Positions 1 to 11,690 of a stretch of DNA of 64,000 bases are shown piece after piece. The stretch comes from Spirogloea muscicola (lineage: Eukaryota), in contig WELB01000025.1 in NCBI GenBank assembly GCA_009602725.1, forward strand, positions 391,276-455,275. Direction: 5' to 3'. Numbering within the stretch: the stretch's first letter is position 1; every line of letters begins with the position of its first letter. The translations under genes were made by a program, and so were the position numbers. A model generated the notes under the pieces. The model saw only the letters and a list, made by a program, of their open reading frames with translations, made no database searches and was not told where the DNA came from.

Positions 1-428
1 CGGGAAGGCGGGCCCGACAAGGGGAATCTAGTGCGAGGGCAGGCCACGCGGCTCCCTTCTGGAGGCGGCGGCCGTCCTGCGGCGCCGCCGAGCGGCGCCC
101 TGCGGCGCCGGCTTGCGGCGCCGCCAGTGGGTCACGGGTGTGGCGCGGCGTCACAGGCGCGCCACACGTGTCCCATACACGTCATTGCGAGCACGACGGC
201 AGAATCAGGAATATGCCGAGAAGCTCCGCTCTGGAAGTCCAGGACTTGCCGCCTCGGCTGGAGGCGGCGCGCCTGCCCGTCATATCGTCAGCAGGCGCGT
301 CACACCGCGCGACACCTTGCGCGGCGCTCTCGCGCTGTCGCACGCCCGTCGCACGCGTCAGTCGCGAGCGCGTCAGTGGGTAGCGCTTAACTCGAAGTCA
401 AGCGTCTTGTAACGGCGGGAACGTAACA
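1..428 (-). mobile_element. 5' portion of a family-A LTR (runs off the window start)
   Basis: The reverse complement from 428 reads TGTTACGTTCCCGCCGTTACAAGACGCTTGACTTCGAGTTAAGCGCTA, matching the LTR start at 28150 (TGTAACGTCCCCGCCGTTACGGGCAGCTTAACTTCGAGTTAAGCGCTA). Bases 1-125 also match 33080-33204. Confidence 0.85.
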
Positions 429-3400
429 CCCCAACTGTCTCCACCTGCTGCATTCGTAGTCACGACTGGGGTGTATCCAGCCGTCTCTACCAACCATGTC
501 TACCTGTTACTATTGTTGCCGGAGTTACGACTGGGGTGCCCCCAGTCGTCTCCACCTGCCGTGTGGGCTAGGACGGCAAACAGGAGCAGCCTCAACACCT
601 GACTTTGGGGTAGTGGTGGCTTGCTTGTACTGCAAACCCTTCACATCCCGCGTGGGGATTGTGACCACCTCTCTGTAAGACCCTGCCTAGTGGCAGGCTC
701 TGGTAAAGAAGTCCACCCCTGGGGATCTCATGATATCGGCAATTCTTTCCAAGCTCATTGACCATATGTACAGCGTGTACTTAGTTTGGCACGTACCTGG
801 GCAACACGTGGCTTGTGTGCCACTGCGCCCTGGGCGTCGAACGATTTGTTCATCCGCGCCGAATCGGTATCTGTCGCGTGGCGACAAGTGGCTTGTGTGC
901 CACTACAAGACACGACATTGCCTGTATTACAGCTATCCGCTGTGCTGCTATGTAATACGAGCTGGCCAGTACCCAATTGTCTAGTGTATGAGACATGGGC
1001 CCTGGTACGGTACAAACCGCGCTTTAAGCTGGCCTAAGTGCAGCTATGTATCTATGGACGTCGTGGACTTTGTCGTGAGATCGGTATTGTGTGATGCCTC
1101 GGCATGGGTGATCCCTGCTTTGGCACTCGCCTTGCCGAACCTCAGGTGTTGGCGGCTGGTGCGCCCTCATCCTGGTTTGTGCTGCGTGCACACTCCAACC
1201 GCTGGCAGTACGGCGCTGGCACTTAGTGCGATGATTAACGTGGCTGTCAGCCATCCTCATTGACCTCAAGGCCTGTGTGCCTTGGTCAGTAGCACTTCAG
1301 TGTCACCTACTTCCAGTGGAAGTCCTTGGCTCTCTGCAGTTGTTGATTATGTGATATCACAGCTATGGGTTGAGTAAGCTTGCGGAGCTAGGCTTGACAG
1401 ATGTTGTCAACGCCCTCTGCAGCCACTGCTTGCTTAATTCTCCGCCGGTAAACCCCTTGTGTTGACCACGTGTCGTGCCACACGTGGCGAGCATAGTCAA
1501 GACCATGTGGGGTCTCGGTGTCCTGCCCGAGTGGCCTGTAACGTTGGCCATGTTGTTGGGTAGCGAGGATTGGACCATAAGCCCAGCTAAGTGCTGAGTA
1601 TCCCTGTGCACTCGTAGCTGGAAAGCTGCCGGCATGGACTGCCTGCAGCTGACTAGTGCATCAGAGTTCTCTGGGTGAGTGCTCGTCTTCGCATTTGGAA
1701 GCCAAAGGGTTGACTTGTAACGGATGCTTTGGAGCAGCATCTTTGCACTACGAGACCAACAGCTGTTGTTGCAGACGTACCTTCACACGCATCCAGCTTA
1801 GGCTGTGTATCTGATTCCGATAATGACTAATAAGTCTCCCCCTGACTATGTAGTGCGTGTGGTTGCCTCACCTGCTTAGGCTCTTGACAATTAGTCACCG
1901 AAGTAGTTAGGATGTCTGTCCCCAACTCCTCTGGACGGGTGCCTCCTCATCCAAAGTGGCTCAACGACGTCCGGCGCTCTGCTGCCGTACTGCCCTCTGT
2001 ATCGACAAAGTACTCTCGAATGTTGGGAGATGCAATCCCAAGTGGCGGACTTGCTAGCGTATTGGCATAGTGAGTGAGCCCCCGCAGTTGCTATGTGGTG
2101 CACCTTTCCGCTTCCTTGTGAAGCACTGTGGATTTATCGGATGTGCATCCAGCATCGAGCTTTAACAAGCTCATCGTCAGGAAGCGGTGCTCTTACCCTG
2201 GCATTGATGAAGTCGTGTGATCGTCTCCGAGGAGCAGTGGTGCTTTGCTCCCTCAGTTTGTGAGTGGTTATCACAACCTTTATATAACGCCTGGGGAAGA
2301 TTAGTAAAGACGTACCGGTCGAATGACACCCGAGGATCACGTATTGCACCTGCAGCTAGTGCTGCCTTTGCGACGTGGAAATCACTTGTATGCCAAGTGT
2401 TTGTCACCAGTAATAGGGCGTATTGTGGGCAAAGTAGACGGGGTTCGCGTCGACCTCAGATGTAGTAGTCAAGTCATGCTGCATCTGTCTGCGGGACTGA
2501 CTGGACTGCCTAAAGGACTGGCTAAGTGCCACGGAATGTCCCGCAGTTGCCTTCTTAAGGAATCGCACAGTATACCCGTTCCTGTCAGGTTTCCTGCATG
2601 ACACGGAAGTATGACATCTCCTCTTACGAAGCTCACGCGTAAGGACGTACCTTGGGGTGGACATCCAAATGCCCACGGGCATTTGAGGAAAGTTAACGGG
2701 TTCTAGTACACCCACCTGTTAAACTAATAAAGTACGGCGTGCTGGCACACCGTCATATCTACGGTCCCTTGCAGGACCCGCTTATGCTCTTGGGCCATGC
2801 CTCGAGAAGGCGCCTGATCGGCATCTGCCGTGTTGTGACGCCTCTTTGATCGGCATCTGCCGTTCTCTTGCAGGAGGGTCAAACCGTAGCGTTTGAGCCT
2901 CGCCTGTTCAGTCCTGCCGGGCGCATCTCAACTACGGGGGGAGCAAGAGCTCTTTGCTGTCATGCACGCCCTCCATGTGTGGCGATGCTATCTCGAGGGT
3001 GCTAAATGTACAATTGTAAAGGCCGTCGCTAGTCGACCTATTTCCACACAGCAGCAATTGAGCAGGCGTCAAGCTTGGTGAGCTGGTAGTACTTTTCCAA
3101 TCCAGTGGTTGTACCACCCTGGAAGTATCAATGCTGCAGACCCGGAGGCCGCAACATTGTAGGGGCTGCTGTGGCGCCTGTCTTGTGTGCCACAAGGGCT
3201 TAAATCGCAGACGTGCGGCCTACCCGAGGGGCCGCTCGGCAGTGCACCACCAACCTCTCTGAGCTGTATGTGCGTGTTCGTGGTGGGTTTGGCACGGGCC
3301 CTTGGTTTGCACTTGCAACCAAACCACGCACAGTAGTATGTGACCAAGGTTGGCGAGGTGACCATTGTGGTGCCCAATTGCAATGCCTTGCGCACTAGTA

Positions 3401-4589
3401 TCATGCAAGAGACGCATGAGCCTCAATACCGTGGTCACTTGGGTATTGGAAAGACAAGGAAAGCTTTCAAGCTTCTCTTATGGTGGCCGGGCTCGCAAGT
3501 CCAAGTAGAGTCTTCGTGAAGACTTGCGCCATCTGCCAGCGTAGTAAGGCAAGCTCTCCCAAGCCTGCCGGGTTGCTGGCATGTCTGTGGACCGAGTATG
3601 GAAACTGCACAGAGTACCCGAGCGGATCGTCAGACCGCAATCCTCGCGTCACGGGTCACTTCTGGAAAGAAGTGTGCAGGCTTATAGGCACAAGCACTCC
3701 ATGTCCATAGCTTTCCACCCACAACCAGACGGTCAGACTTTGAGGTTGAAGCGGGTCTTGGCAGACATGCTAAGACTTTTATAAACCTCAATCATGCTGA
3801 CCGGGCCGAGTACCTTGCTCCATCGAGTATGCTGTCAACGACGCCTTTCATGACTATCATACACACACCCATCTTCCTGCCAGTCAGCATCCCCGAGCAC
3901 CTTTGCAGGTAGGGAGGCCGGAGCGCATTACGGCCGCTGTACGCTTCACCGGCGACCTCCTGTAAGCTCAGCGGAGGGCTAAGCAATATTTGACAATTGC
4001 TCACAAGCGGCAAAGCATTATGCTCATCTACGTCGCGAGAATGTGTCTTTGGACGAGGGTGCCCAAGTGCTATTGAGCACTAAGCACCTAGCCTTGCGGG
4101 CTTTGGGTATGCACATGTTGCTACTAAAGTGGGTTGGACCTTTCTGTGAAATGCGCCTGGTCGGCAAGGTCGAATATGAGCTCGATTCACCGGTACAATG
4201 GGAGATCCAACAAGTTTCCATGTGCTTCAGCTTGGGCCATACCATGTAGATGGCCGTGTCCAACCGCCCCCACCTCTCCTCGTTCTTGACAACGAGGAAG
4301 AGTATCGAGTGGAGGAGACTTTGTCCCACCGGGCCAATCTCTGTCGGCGTCGTCAGTCCCGTGAGTACCTTCTCAAGTGGCTCGGCTATGCGCCTGAGCA
4401 CAGTCATCATGGGAATCTGCAGTCAGTATTGCCTATTGTCATTCCCTCGTTCAAGAGTATCTGACAGGAGGCATTGCCTTCGCTCCGTCGTCCAGTACCT
4501 TCCCGCCAGGATAAATTTCCCTGGGTCGAGCCCCTGTAGTGCTGCTCCCTTCTTGTTCCCGAGGACGTGAGCATCTCAGTGGTGAGGTA
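429..4589 (+). pseudogene. Decayed Ty3/gypsy (chromovirus) gag-pol internal region
   Basis: Frameshifted remnants in gypsy order: RT (~1960-2470, TPEDHVLHLQLVL), RNase H (EQELFAVMHALHVWRCYLEG, ~2940), integrase (FVKTCAICQRSK; SMSIAFHPQPDGQT; LLLKWVGPF) and chromodomain. Confidence 0.88.
4255..4440 (+). other. Chromodomain at the integrase C-terminus
   Basis: QPPPPLLVLDNEEEYRVEETLSHR...REYLLKWLGYAPEHS matches the chromodomain pattern EY.VE.IL.HR...EYLVKW.GY and lies just before the PPT and 3' LTR. Confidence 0.88.
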
Positions 4590-5330
4590 TGTACCGTTCC
4601 CTCCGCTTAAGAGTGCCAACGGTGCCGGTGACCTTACACGATCGTATCAACTGTTTGGGGGTCCCAAACGGTACGGGTAACTTCGCTCCACTACGTGTAG
4701 CTACGTATGGGCTAAGGCCCTGGGCACGTGCGGCACACGCCACGGACGGCACTTGCCACGCGCAGCACGCGCCACGCGCAGCACGCGCCAGTCCCCTGGA
4801 TTCGTATCCCCATTCGTCAGGCCCGCCCCTCCAGGGGAGGCCCTTGAGGGCTACCCTCGTCACACCCTTGGGGGAATGGGTGGCAGATGGAACGCTTATC
4901 AGTATAGTTCGAGCCCAGGTCCTCAGTCGGACCCGTGACGCCAACAGAGGCACAGCGTTGCTGCTGCCTGCTGCCGCAACCGCCGCCACAGCTCTGCTGC
5001 TGCTGCCTGCTGCCGCAGGCGCCGCCACAGCTCTGCTGCTGCCGCCTGCTGCCCAGCCCGTCGCCGCCGCTCGTCGCCGCGGGCCCCGCCGGCTCTCTGT
5101 AATTACCATGGCTGCGCACCCTGCGAGGATAGCTGCTGAACCTCGGTGAGTCGCCGCTTTCCGGCGGTGCCTCAGAGTAAGACTTCTGCTGCGCTATGTG
5201 CGCATATGTGCGCTCTGTGTGCACTGACGTTCCACTCAGTAAGGGGGTTTGTCTCCAAAACACCCTATGTCCGAAACCCAAAACAGGACGTTCTGACCCT
5301 AACTATGTGATGAGGGACAGGGACGTTACA
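4590..5330 (+). mobile_element. 3' LTR, family B
   Basis: TGTACCGTTCC...GGGACGTTACA termini, preceded by a degenerate purine tract (GGTGAGGTA). Homologous to 24432-25278 (-) and 20310-20981 (+). Followed directly by gag sequence of another element, i.e. a nested insertion. Confidence 0.88.
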
Positions 5331-8300
5331 GCCTGACTTCCGCTGAGACGCGGCACCTAGAGCGCCTAAAGGAGCAGGTTGAGGCTGCGACCCCGGGTGG
5401 GGTTCCGCGCGTAACCCCCGTGTTGGGGGCGCTGTGCGAGGAGATACGGATGCTTATCTCCCGTCTGTGCGCGGGGGACCAGCGAGTTGAACGTCTCTGG
5501 GCTAAAGTTAGCCATGGTGCACGGTTGGTACGCGCCCAGCCGTGCCAGCCGTCGAAGTTCGATGGGCAAGGCAGGCTTGCCGCCTGCTTGCGGGAGATAA
5601 ATGCGTCGTTCTTAATGTGTGAGGCGCCTGTAACATCCCGGGTGGGGATCGCCGCCACGTATGTTACGGGAGATCCCGCAGCTGTGTGGGACAGTACAAA
5701 GTCGTCCTCAACAACCAGGGTGTACAACACTTGGGACTACTTTACCCGCTCGTTAACCACCATGTACGGAGAGGTCTACGCGGAGCTTAACGCCCCAAAC
5801 CAACTCCATGTGATCCAAATGGTTGACGACAATTTTGAGGATTATTTACGGCGGTTTCATCTATTGTTGATGGAGTGCGGCAATATGAATACCCTGGATC
5901 AAGTCCAGCGATCATGACGGGCCTTCCGCACCATGTTGCTGTGATATTCCAGTTGGACAAGCTCACGCACAAAGCTGTAACACTTTGGAGACGTTCATTG
6001 AGCAAGCGCGACAGTCTCATGTATCCTACAAAGAAGCGCCTGCTCCGTGGTGGTGAGGATCGTGACGCGCCGGGACCTTCGGTGGTCAAGCGCTTCAAGC
6101 CTCGGAACGGCTACGATGTAAGACCCCGGCAGCAGCCTTGGCAAGTGGTAGTGCCCAAGGGGAAGTCAAAGTGTGTCCCGGAGGACGAGTGGGCATGCTA
6201 CCGATGCGGCTAGGGGCATCGTATACGGGAGTGCCCGCAGCCGCCGAAGTCGCCCACGCCGTATACGCCTGCTTCGACACGCCCGAAGGGCCAGTACAAG
6301 GGCAAAGAAAAAGTGGGTGCCTTTCCTTATCCATCCCCCTTGTGGGTAATTCAGAGGCATGATGTGGAATTGCTTCTTGAATTTGTGAGACGAGTGTGTC
6401 CAAAGCCTGTTGTGCAAGTGTAGTGCCGCTCTGTGCATGGGCTTATGCAGGCGCTGGTATGCAGGCGCCGGTGGACGAAAGCCCCCTTGTTGTGTGGGTT
6501 CCTTCTAATCAGTTGCAGGAAGCTGCGAGCATGTACTTGAGCTGGATCAGTGTGCACGATACTGAAGAACCTGTCTTCATTGTGCCATGCAGTCGCGAGT
6601 GAAAGCACTACCTCCAAGGGGGCTGGCTTTATTGTGTCGCCAGAAAGCGGGCCACCTCCACGTGAAGAACGGAGTCGATAGCGTTTCTCCGAGACCTCCT
6701 AATCTGCTAGTGTTTGTAGCTTGTAGTCATATTCTTACGGTAGTGAGTGCCTCGGCACTCAGCGCTGTCGCGCCAACAATATTGTTTAGAGGATGGTGGC
6801 TAATCAGCCAGCCCAGATCCTTACAGACATGGGGATCCTGTGTCAGTAAAGCATTCTGCAAGTGACAATGGTCTGTGTGTAAAACCCACAGGTATTCAAC
6901 AAGCTACACTGGCAAATGGACAAAGTGCCAAAGTCATGGGCCTGTATTAGACCCCTGTTCAAATTTAAAAAACGGTTGTGTCTTGCCATGTCGTTGAGTT
7001 GGCACCGGGCTTTGACGTGATATTGACCGATGACTCGTTGTGTGCTACCGCGGCCCCCTCAACTTTGACGCGCGGACTTGCTTGGGCCGGCGGGGTGCTC
7101 GTCGTTTCCTACTGTACAAAGATGTTCCGTATGTATCATCGCCGGTGACAGGCTCCTCTATCTAGCTGTCGGCTGTGCAGTTTAAGAGGCTCCTTAATGC
7201 AGAACCCACCTCGGCTGTGTATCTGTCAATGTGATGGAAAGATGAGTCTCCTCCTGACTCAGTAGGAGTGAGTAATGTGGCCTCACATGGTGCGGGTCTT
7301 GCTTTGTTGGCGAAGTAATCGAATGTGTTCCCAGATGCTCTTCCAGACGGTTTGCCTCCGGATCGAGGCGTGGTTCTACAATTTCATTGGAGCACGGCGC
7401 TCCGCTGCCGTACCGTCCGATGTATCGACTGACTCTTCTCGAGTTTCGGGAGATGCAGTCCCAAGTGGCGGATCTGCTACGTAAAAGGCACATTGAGCCT
7501 TCCCAGTCGCCGTATGGTGCAACGATCATCTTCGTCAAGAAGAAGGATGTAGTCTTCGGATGTGCATCGACTATAGAGCCTTGAATAAGCTCACTGTCAA
7601 GAACCCGCTTGCCTCAGGTTGACGACCTGTTCGATCGTCTCGCAGGAGCTAATTTCTTTAGTTACTTCGATCTAGAGAGCGGTTACTACCAGATTCGTAT
7701 CATCGCTGAGGACATCCCGAAGTCGGCGTTCCGTGCGCCGCTCGGTCACGTTCAATTCAAGGTGCTCAGCTTTGGTCTTGACCAATGCACCCGCCACATT
7801 TCAGGCTGTGATGACAAAGGTCTTTGGCCCTCTACTGTATGATTACGTGCTGGTCTACTTGGATGACATACTGGTGTTCAGTAAAACGCCTGAAGATCAC
7901 GTAGTGCACCTGCGACAAGTGCTGCAACTGCTGCGTGCAAATCAATTGTATGCCAGGAGGTCTTAATGTGTCTTCGACCAGCCGGAGTTGACATACTTAG
8001 GACACGTCGTGGGCAAAGACGGGGTCCGCGTCGACCCCAAAAAAGGCTGCAGTAGTAAAGGACTGGCCAGTGTCACGGAATGTGCCACAGTTGCGTTCCT
8101 TCTTTAGATTCGCAAACTTCTTCCGTAAGTTCCTGCATGGATGCGGAAGTATGGCATCTCCTCTCACGAAGCTCACTGGTAAGGACGTCAGCTGGGTGTG
8201 GACATTCGAATGCCAGAAGGCATTCGAGGATATCAACCGGGTCCTAGTGCATCCACCACGTTTTGGCGTTGCCTCGAGAAGGCGTGCCATTTGAAGTAGT

Positions 8301-9010
8301 CTGTGACGCCTCTTTGATCGGCATTGGTGCCGTTCTCTTGCAGGAGGGTCACCCCGTAGCATTTGAGAGTCGCCTGCTTCGTCCTGCAGAGCGTGTTTGC
8401 AATTTGGGGGAGCAAGAGCTCCTTGCTATTGTGCACGCCCTACGTGTGTGGCGATGCTATCTTGAGGGAGTTGAATATAAGGTTGTAACGGATCATTGCC
8501 CGCTGACCTACTTTCACACACAACAGCAATTGAGCAGGCATCAAGCACGGTGGGCTGAGTGCATGGTTGCAGTCCACGTCCAGTGGGAGTTTCGCCCTAG
8601 AGGGATGAATGTTGCGGACCCGCCATAACATTGCAGGAGCTGCTGTGGCGATTGTCTTGCACGCTTCAGGGGATCAGACCGCAGACCTGCGGCCTACTCG
8701 CGGAGCTGCTCGGCAGTCCACCGCCAACCTCGCTGAGCTGTATGTGCGTATTCGTGATGGGTAGGGCACAGACCCATGGTTTGCAAGTGAGAGCAATACA
8801 CGCACCCTCGTAAATGACCAAGGCTTTTGGTGGCGACGAGACGCCATTGTGGTCCCCCAATGCAATGCCTTGCGAAGCAGTATTCTACAAGAGCTGCATG
8901 AGCCTCCGTATAGTGGTCATTTGGGTATAGGAAAGACAAAGAAAGCTGTCCAGCTTCTCTTTTGATGGCCGGACTGGAAAGTCCAAATGGAGTCTTTTGT
9001 GAAGACGTGT
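5331..9010 (+). pseudogene. Decayed Ty3/gypsy gag-pol
   Basis: gag (QPSKFDGQG...WDYFTRSLTTMYG; knuckle CYRCG*GHRIREC ~6196), protease (~6790-7100), RT ([28 protein letters not shown]), RNase H (VCDASLIGIGAVLLQ) and the integrase zinc-binding region. Broken at ~9010. Confidence 0.92.
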
Positions 9011-9029
9011 GTGGCAAGATTCTGTGTGG

Positions 9030-9855
9030 CAAGATACTCATCCCAGTCACATTGGCTGGGGTCTACAAAGTGCCATAATATGTCCTCCAGAACCCGACCC
9101 ATCCTTTCTTTCTGACCATCTGTTTGGTCTTGGAAAGGCGTGGACATGGATTGCTGGGTGCCAATCAGCCTGCACACTTCTTTCCAGAAGTGCCCCGTAA
9201 AGCGAGGATCGCGGTCAGACACGGTTCGCTTAGGAACGCCGTGCACCTTTCCATACGCGATCCACGAACATACCAGCAAAGTCCTTGGCTGACAACTTTG
9301 TGGTCGTAGGCACAAAATGCGCCACTTCACTCAAACGATCCACAAATACGACGATGGCGTCACAGCCGTTCCGCGTCATCGGCAACTGGGTGATAAAATC
9401 CACATTTACATCAGACCAGTTCCTTGGAGGAATCTCCAATGGTTGGAGCAACCCGGCAGGCTTATGAGAGCGTCCCTTACTGCGCTGGCAGGTGGCACAA
9501 GTCTTTACAAAAGATCCCACTTAGACTTCCAAGTCCGGCCACCAAAAGAGAAGCTGAACAGCTTTCTTTGTCTAACCCATACTCAAATGACCACTATACG
9601 GAGGCTCATGCACTTCTTGCAAGATACTGCTGCGCAAGGCATTGCAGTAAGGGACTACAATGGCGTCACCCCGCCACCAAAAGCCTTGGTCAATTACTAG
9701 TGTGCATGTATTGGTTTCATTTGCAAACCATGGGTCTGTGCCATACCCATCACGAGTACGCACATACAGCTCAGAGAGGTTGGTGGTAGACTGCCGAGCA
9801 GCTCCACGAGTAGGCCGCACGTCTGCGGTCTGAACCCTTGAAGCGTGCAAGATAG
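9030..9855 (-). pseudogene. Ty3/gypsy integrase fragment, inverted orientation
   Basis: VHEPPYSGH...CATCQRSK (HHCC); WSDVNVDFITQLP; VFVDRLS; SDRDPRFTGHFW; QTDGQKER. Confidence 0.92.
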
Positions 9856-10619
9856 CCGCCGTTACGGGATGCTTAACTCGAGTTAAGCGCCAACTACTGA
9901 CGCGCTCGCGACTGACGCGTGCGACGCGCGTGCGAAATAAAGCGCTAACCACTGACGCGCTCGCGACTGACACGTGCGACGCGCGTGCGATGCGCGAGAG
10001 CGTCGCGCGAGGTGTCGCGCAGTGTAACGTGCCTGCTCACGATATGACGTGTAGGTAAGCCGCCTCCAGACGAGGCGGCGAATCCTGGACTTCCACAGCG
10101 GAGCTTCTCGGCTTGTTCCTGATTCTGCCGTCGTGCTCAATGACGTGTATGTGACACATGTGGCGCGCCTGTGACGCCGTGCCACACCCGTGACCCATTG
10201 GCAGCGCCGCAAGCTGGCGCCGCAGGGCGCCGCTCGGCTGTAGGGCTGAGAGGAGACTCGGGGACACCCGGGTCAACATCAGTGAAGCCCGCGAGAGAGA
10301 GGCGCAGCCCTGCTGCCGCAGCCCGCCGACGCAGCCCTGCGGCTGGCCGCTGCTGCAGCCCGTTGCCGCATCCCGTCGTCGCGGACCTTCATCGCCTCTC
10401 TGTGAGTAAGACTGTGACTGCTCCTTTGGGGACAGTCGCTGGCCCGTACCTGAGAGGTGAGTCGCTGCCTGTCGCCAGCGCCTCAGGGCGAGACTTCCGC
10501 TGTGTATGACATGTGGTGCTTTCACTGTGCTGGGGGTTTGTCTGTAGACCTCAGCGACCGAAACCAATAAGGACATGCTGACACACCTGACTGTGCTCTT
10601 GAGGGTCAGGGTCATCACA
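9856..10619 (+). mobile_element. 5' LTR, family A (first ~10 bp lost; internal deletion; 54-bp tandem duplication)
   Basis: Starts CCGCCGTTACGGGATGCTTAACTCGAGTTAAGCG, ends GGGTCATCACA and is followed by a PBS. Homologous to 1-428, 28150-29012 and 32628-33204. Confidence 0.88.
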
Positions 10620-10620
10620 T

Positions 10621-10631
10621 TGGTATCAGAG
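10621..10631 (+). promoter_or_regulatory. Primer-binding site (initiator tRNA-Met)
   Basis: TGGTATCAGAG 1 nt after the LTR-terminal CA. Confidence 0.9.
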
Positions 10632-11690
10632 GAGTCCTTGCATCCTTGGCCTCGTAATCTTTTACGGTTGACAGTGCAAGGTTCCTTCTGATGTGCTGGC
10701 ACTAAGTTGTCCTTTGCGACGTCTTCGTGCCAGAGTGTATCCGGGGAGCTGCATCGCCGGGTCGACTGGTGCTGTCCACCCTATCGCCCGCTGCATCCAC
10801 GTGTCCGGGGTCGGCTATGGCGGAAGATCCTCCACCGACCCAGCGGCAAGCCGTATTGCCAGGTCAGTACTTTGTTTGCGTAACCTTCTGCGGTCGGCGG
10901 ATTGCCTGCCACATGGCAAGGAGTTGAAACCGACCGCCGCTGGGCGGCGACGTCTGACTGTCTGCGAGAGGCTGGTCCGTACTCCAGTCCTGGTCCCTAT
11001 CTCAGTTGCTCGTACGGCTCGCGCATTGGGGGAATGGTTGGTGCGCTGCCATGATTGCTTTGCTTTTCCGGGGCCCCGGCCTAGCTCAGTACCATAGTCG
11101 TAGTATTGTCCTGGCCATTGTGTCTTACGCCTGCCGCTGACTTGATCTCTCAGTGGGTGCGGTGTAAAGGCATGAAGTCGGCTAGTTCAAGTGCACCACC
11201 AAGCCCTCCTCCGCCAGCTGTACCTCCTCCTGAAGTAGAGGACGTCGTTAACGACCTAGCGCAGCTCCGTGCACCTGGCCCGGATGGGCTGACTTCTGAA
11301 AATGTGCGGCGCCTTGCGCGCCTGAAGGAGCAGTTGGAGACTGTCGTTCCCGGTGGAGGATTATTGCTGGCAAATCCTGTGTGGGGTATGTAATGCGCCG
11401 AGGTTCGGACCCTGATTGCCCGGTTGTGTGCGGGTGAGGAACGGCTCCAACGCCTCAAGGCCAAGGTCAGCAATGGCGCTCGGCTGGGCCGTGCCCAGCA
11501 TGCCAGCCAGCCAAATTCAGTGGGCAGGGCAGTCTCGCCGCGTGGTTGAGAGAAATGATGTTGAAAGAAATGATGGCATGGTTTGTCCTTTATGAGGCAC
11601 CAGCGGCGTCTCCACTTGGGGTCGCTGCCACATATCTGACCTGTGATCCTGCCGCATGGTGGGAGTCTGTGAAGCTATTTTCTACCCCCA
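10632..11690 (+). pseudogene. Gypsy 5' leader and N-terminal half of gag, truncated
   Basis: Homologous to 29026-30070. Encodes MKSASSSAPPSPPPPAVP... and LGVAATYLTCDPAAWWESVK, then homology stops abruptly. Confidence 0.8.

Noticed and set aside
31..412. Arg/Ala-rich ORFs in LTRs (also 4576-5149, 10037-10702, 32720-33400)
   Set aside because: Stop-poor GC-rich LTR sequence; frames are not conserved between LTR copies.
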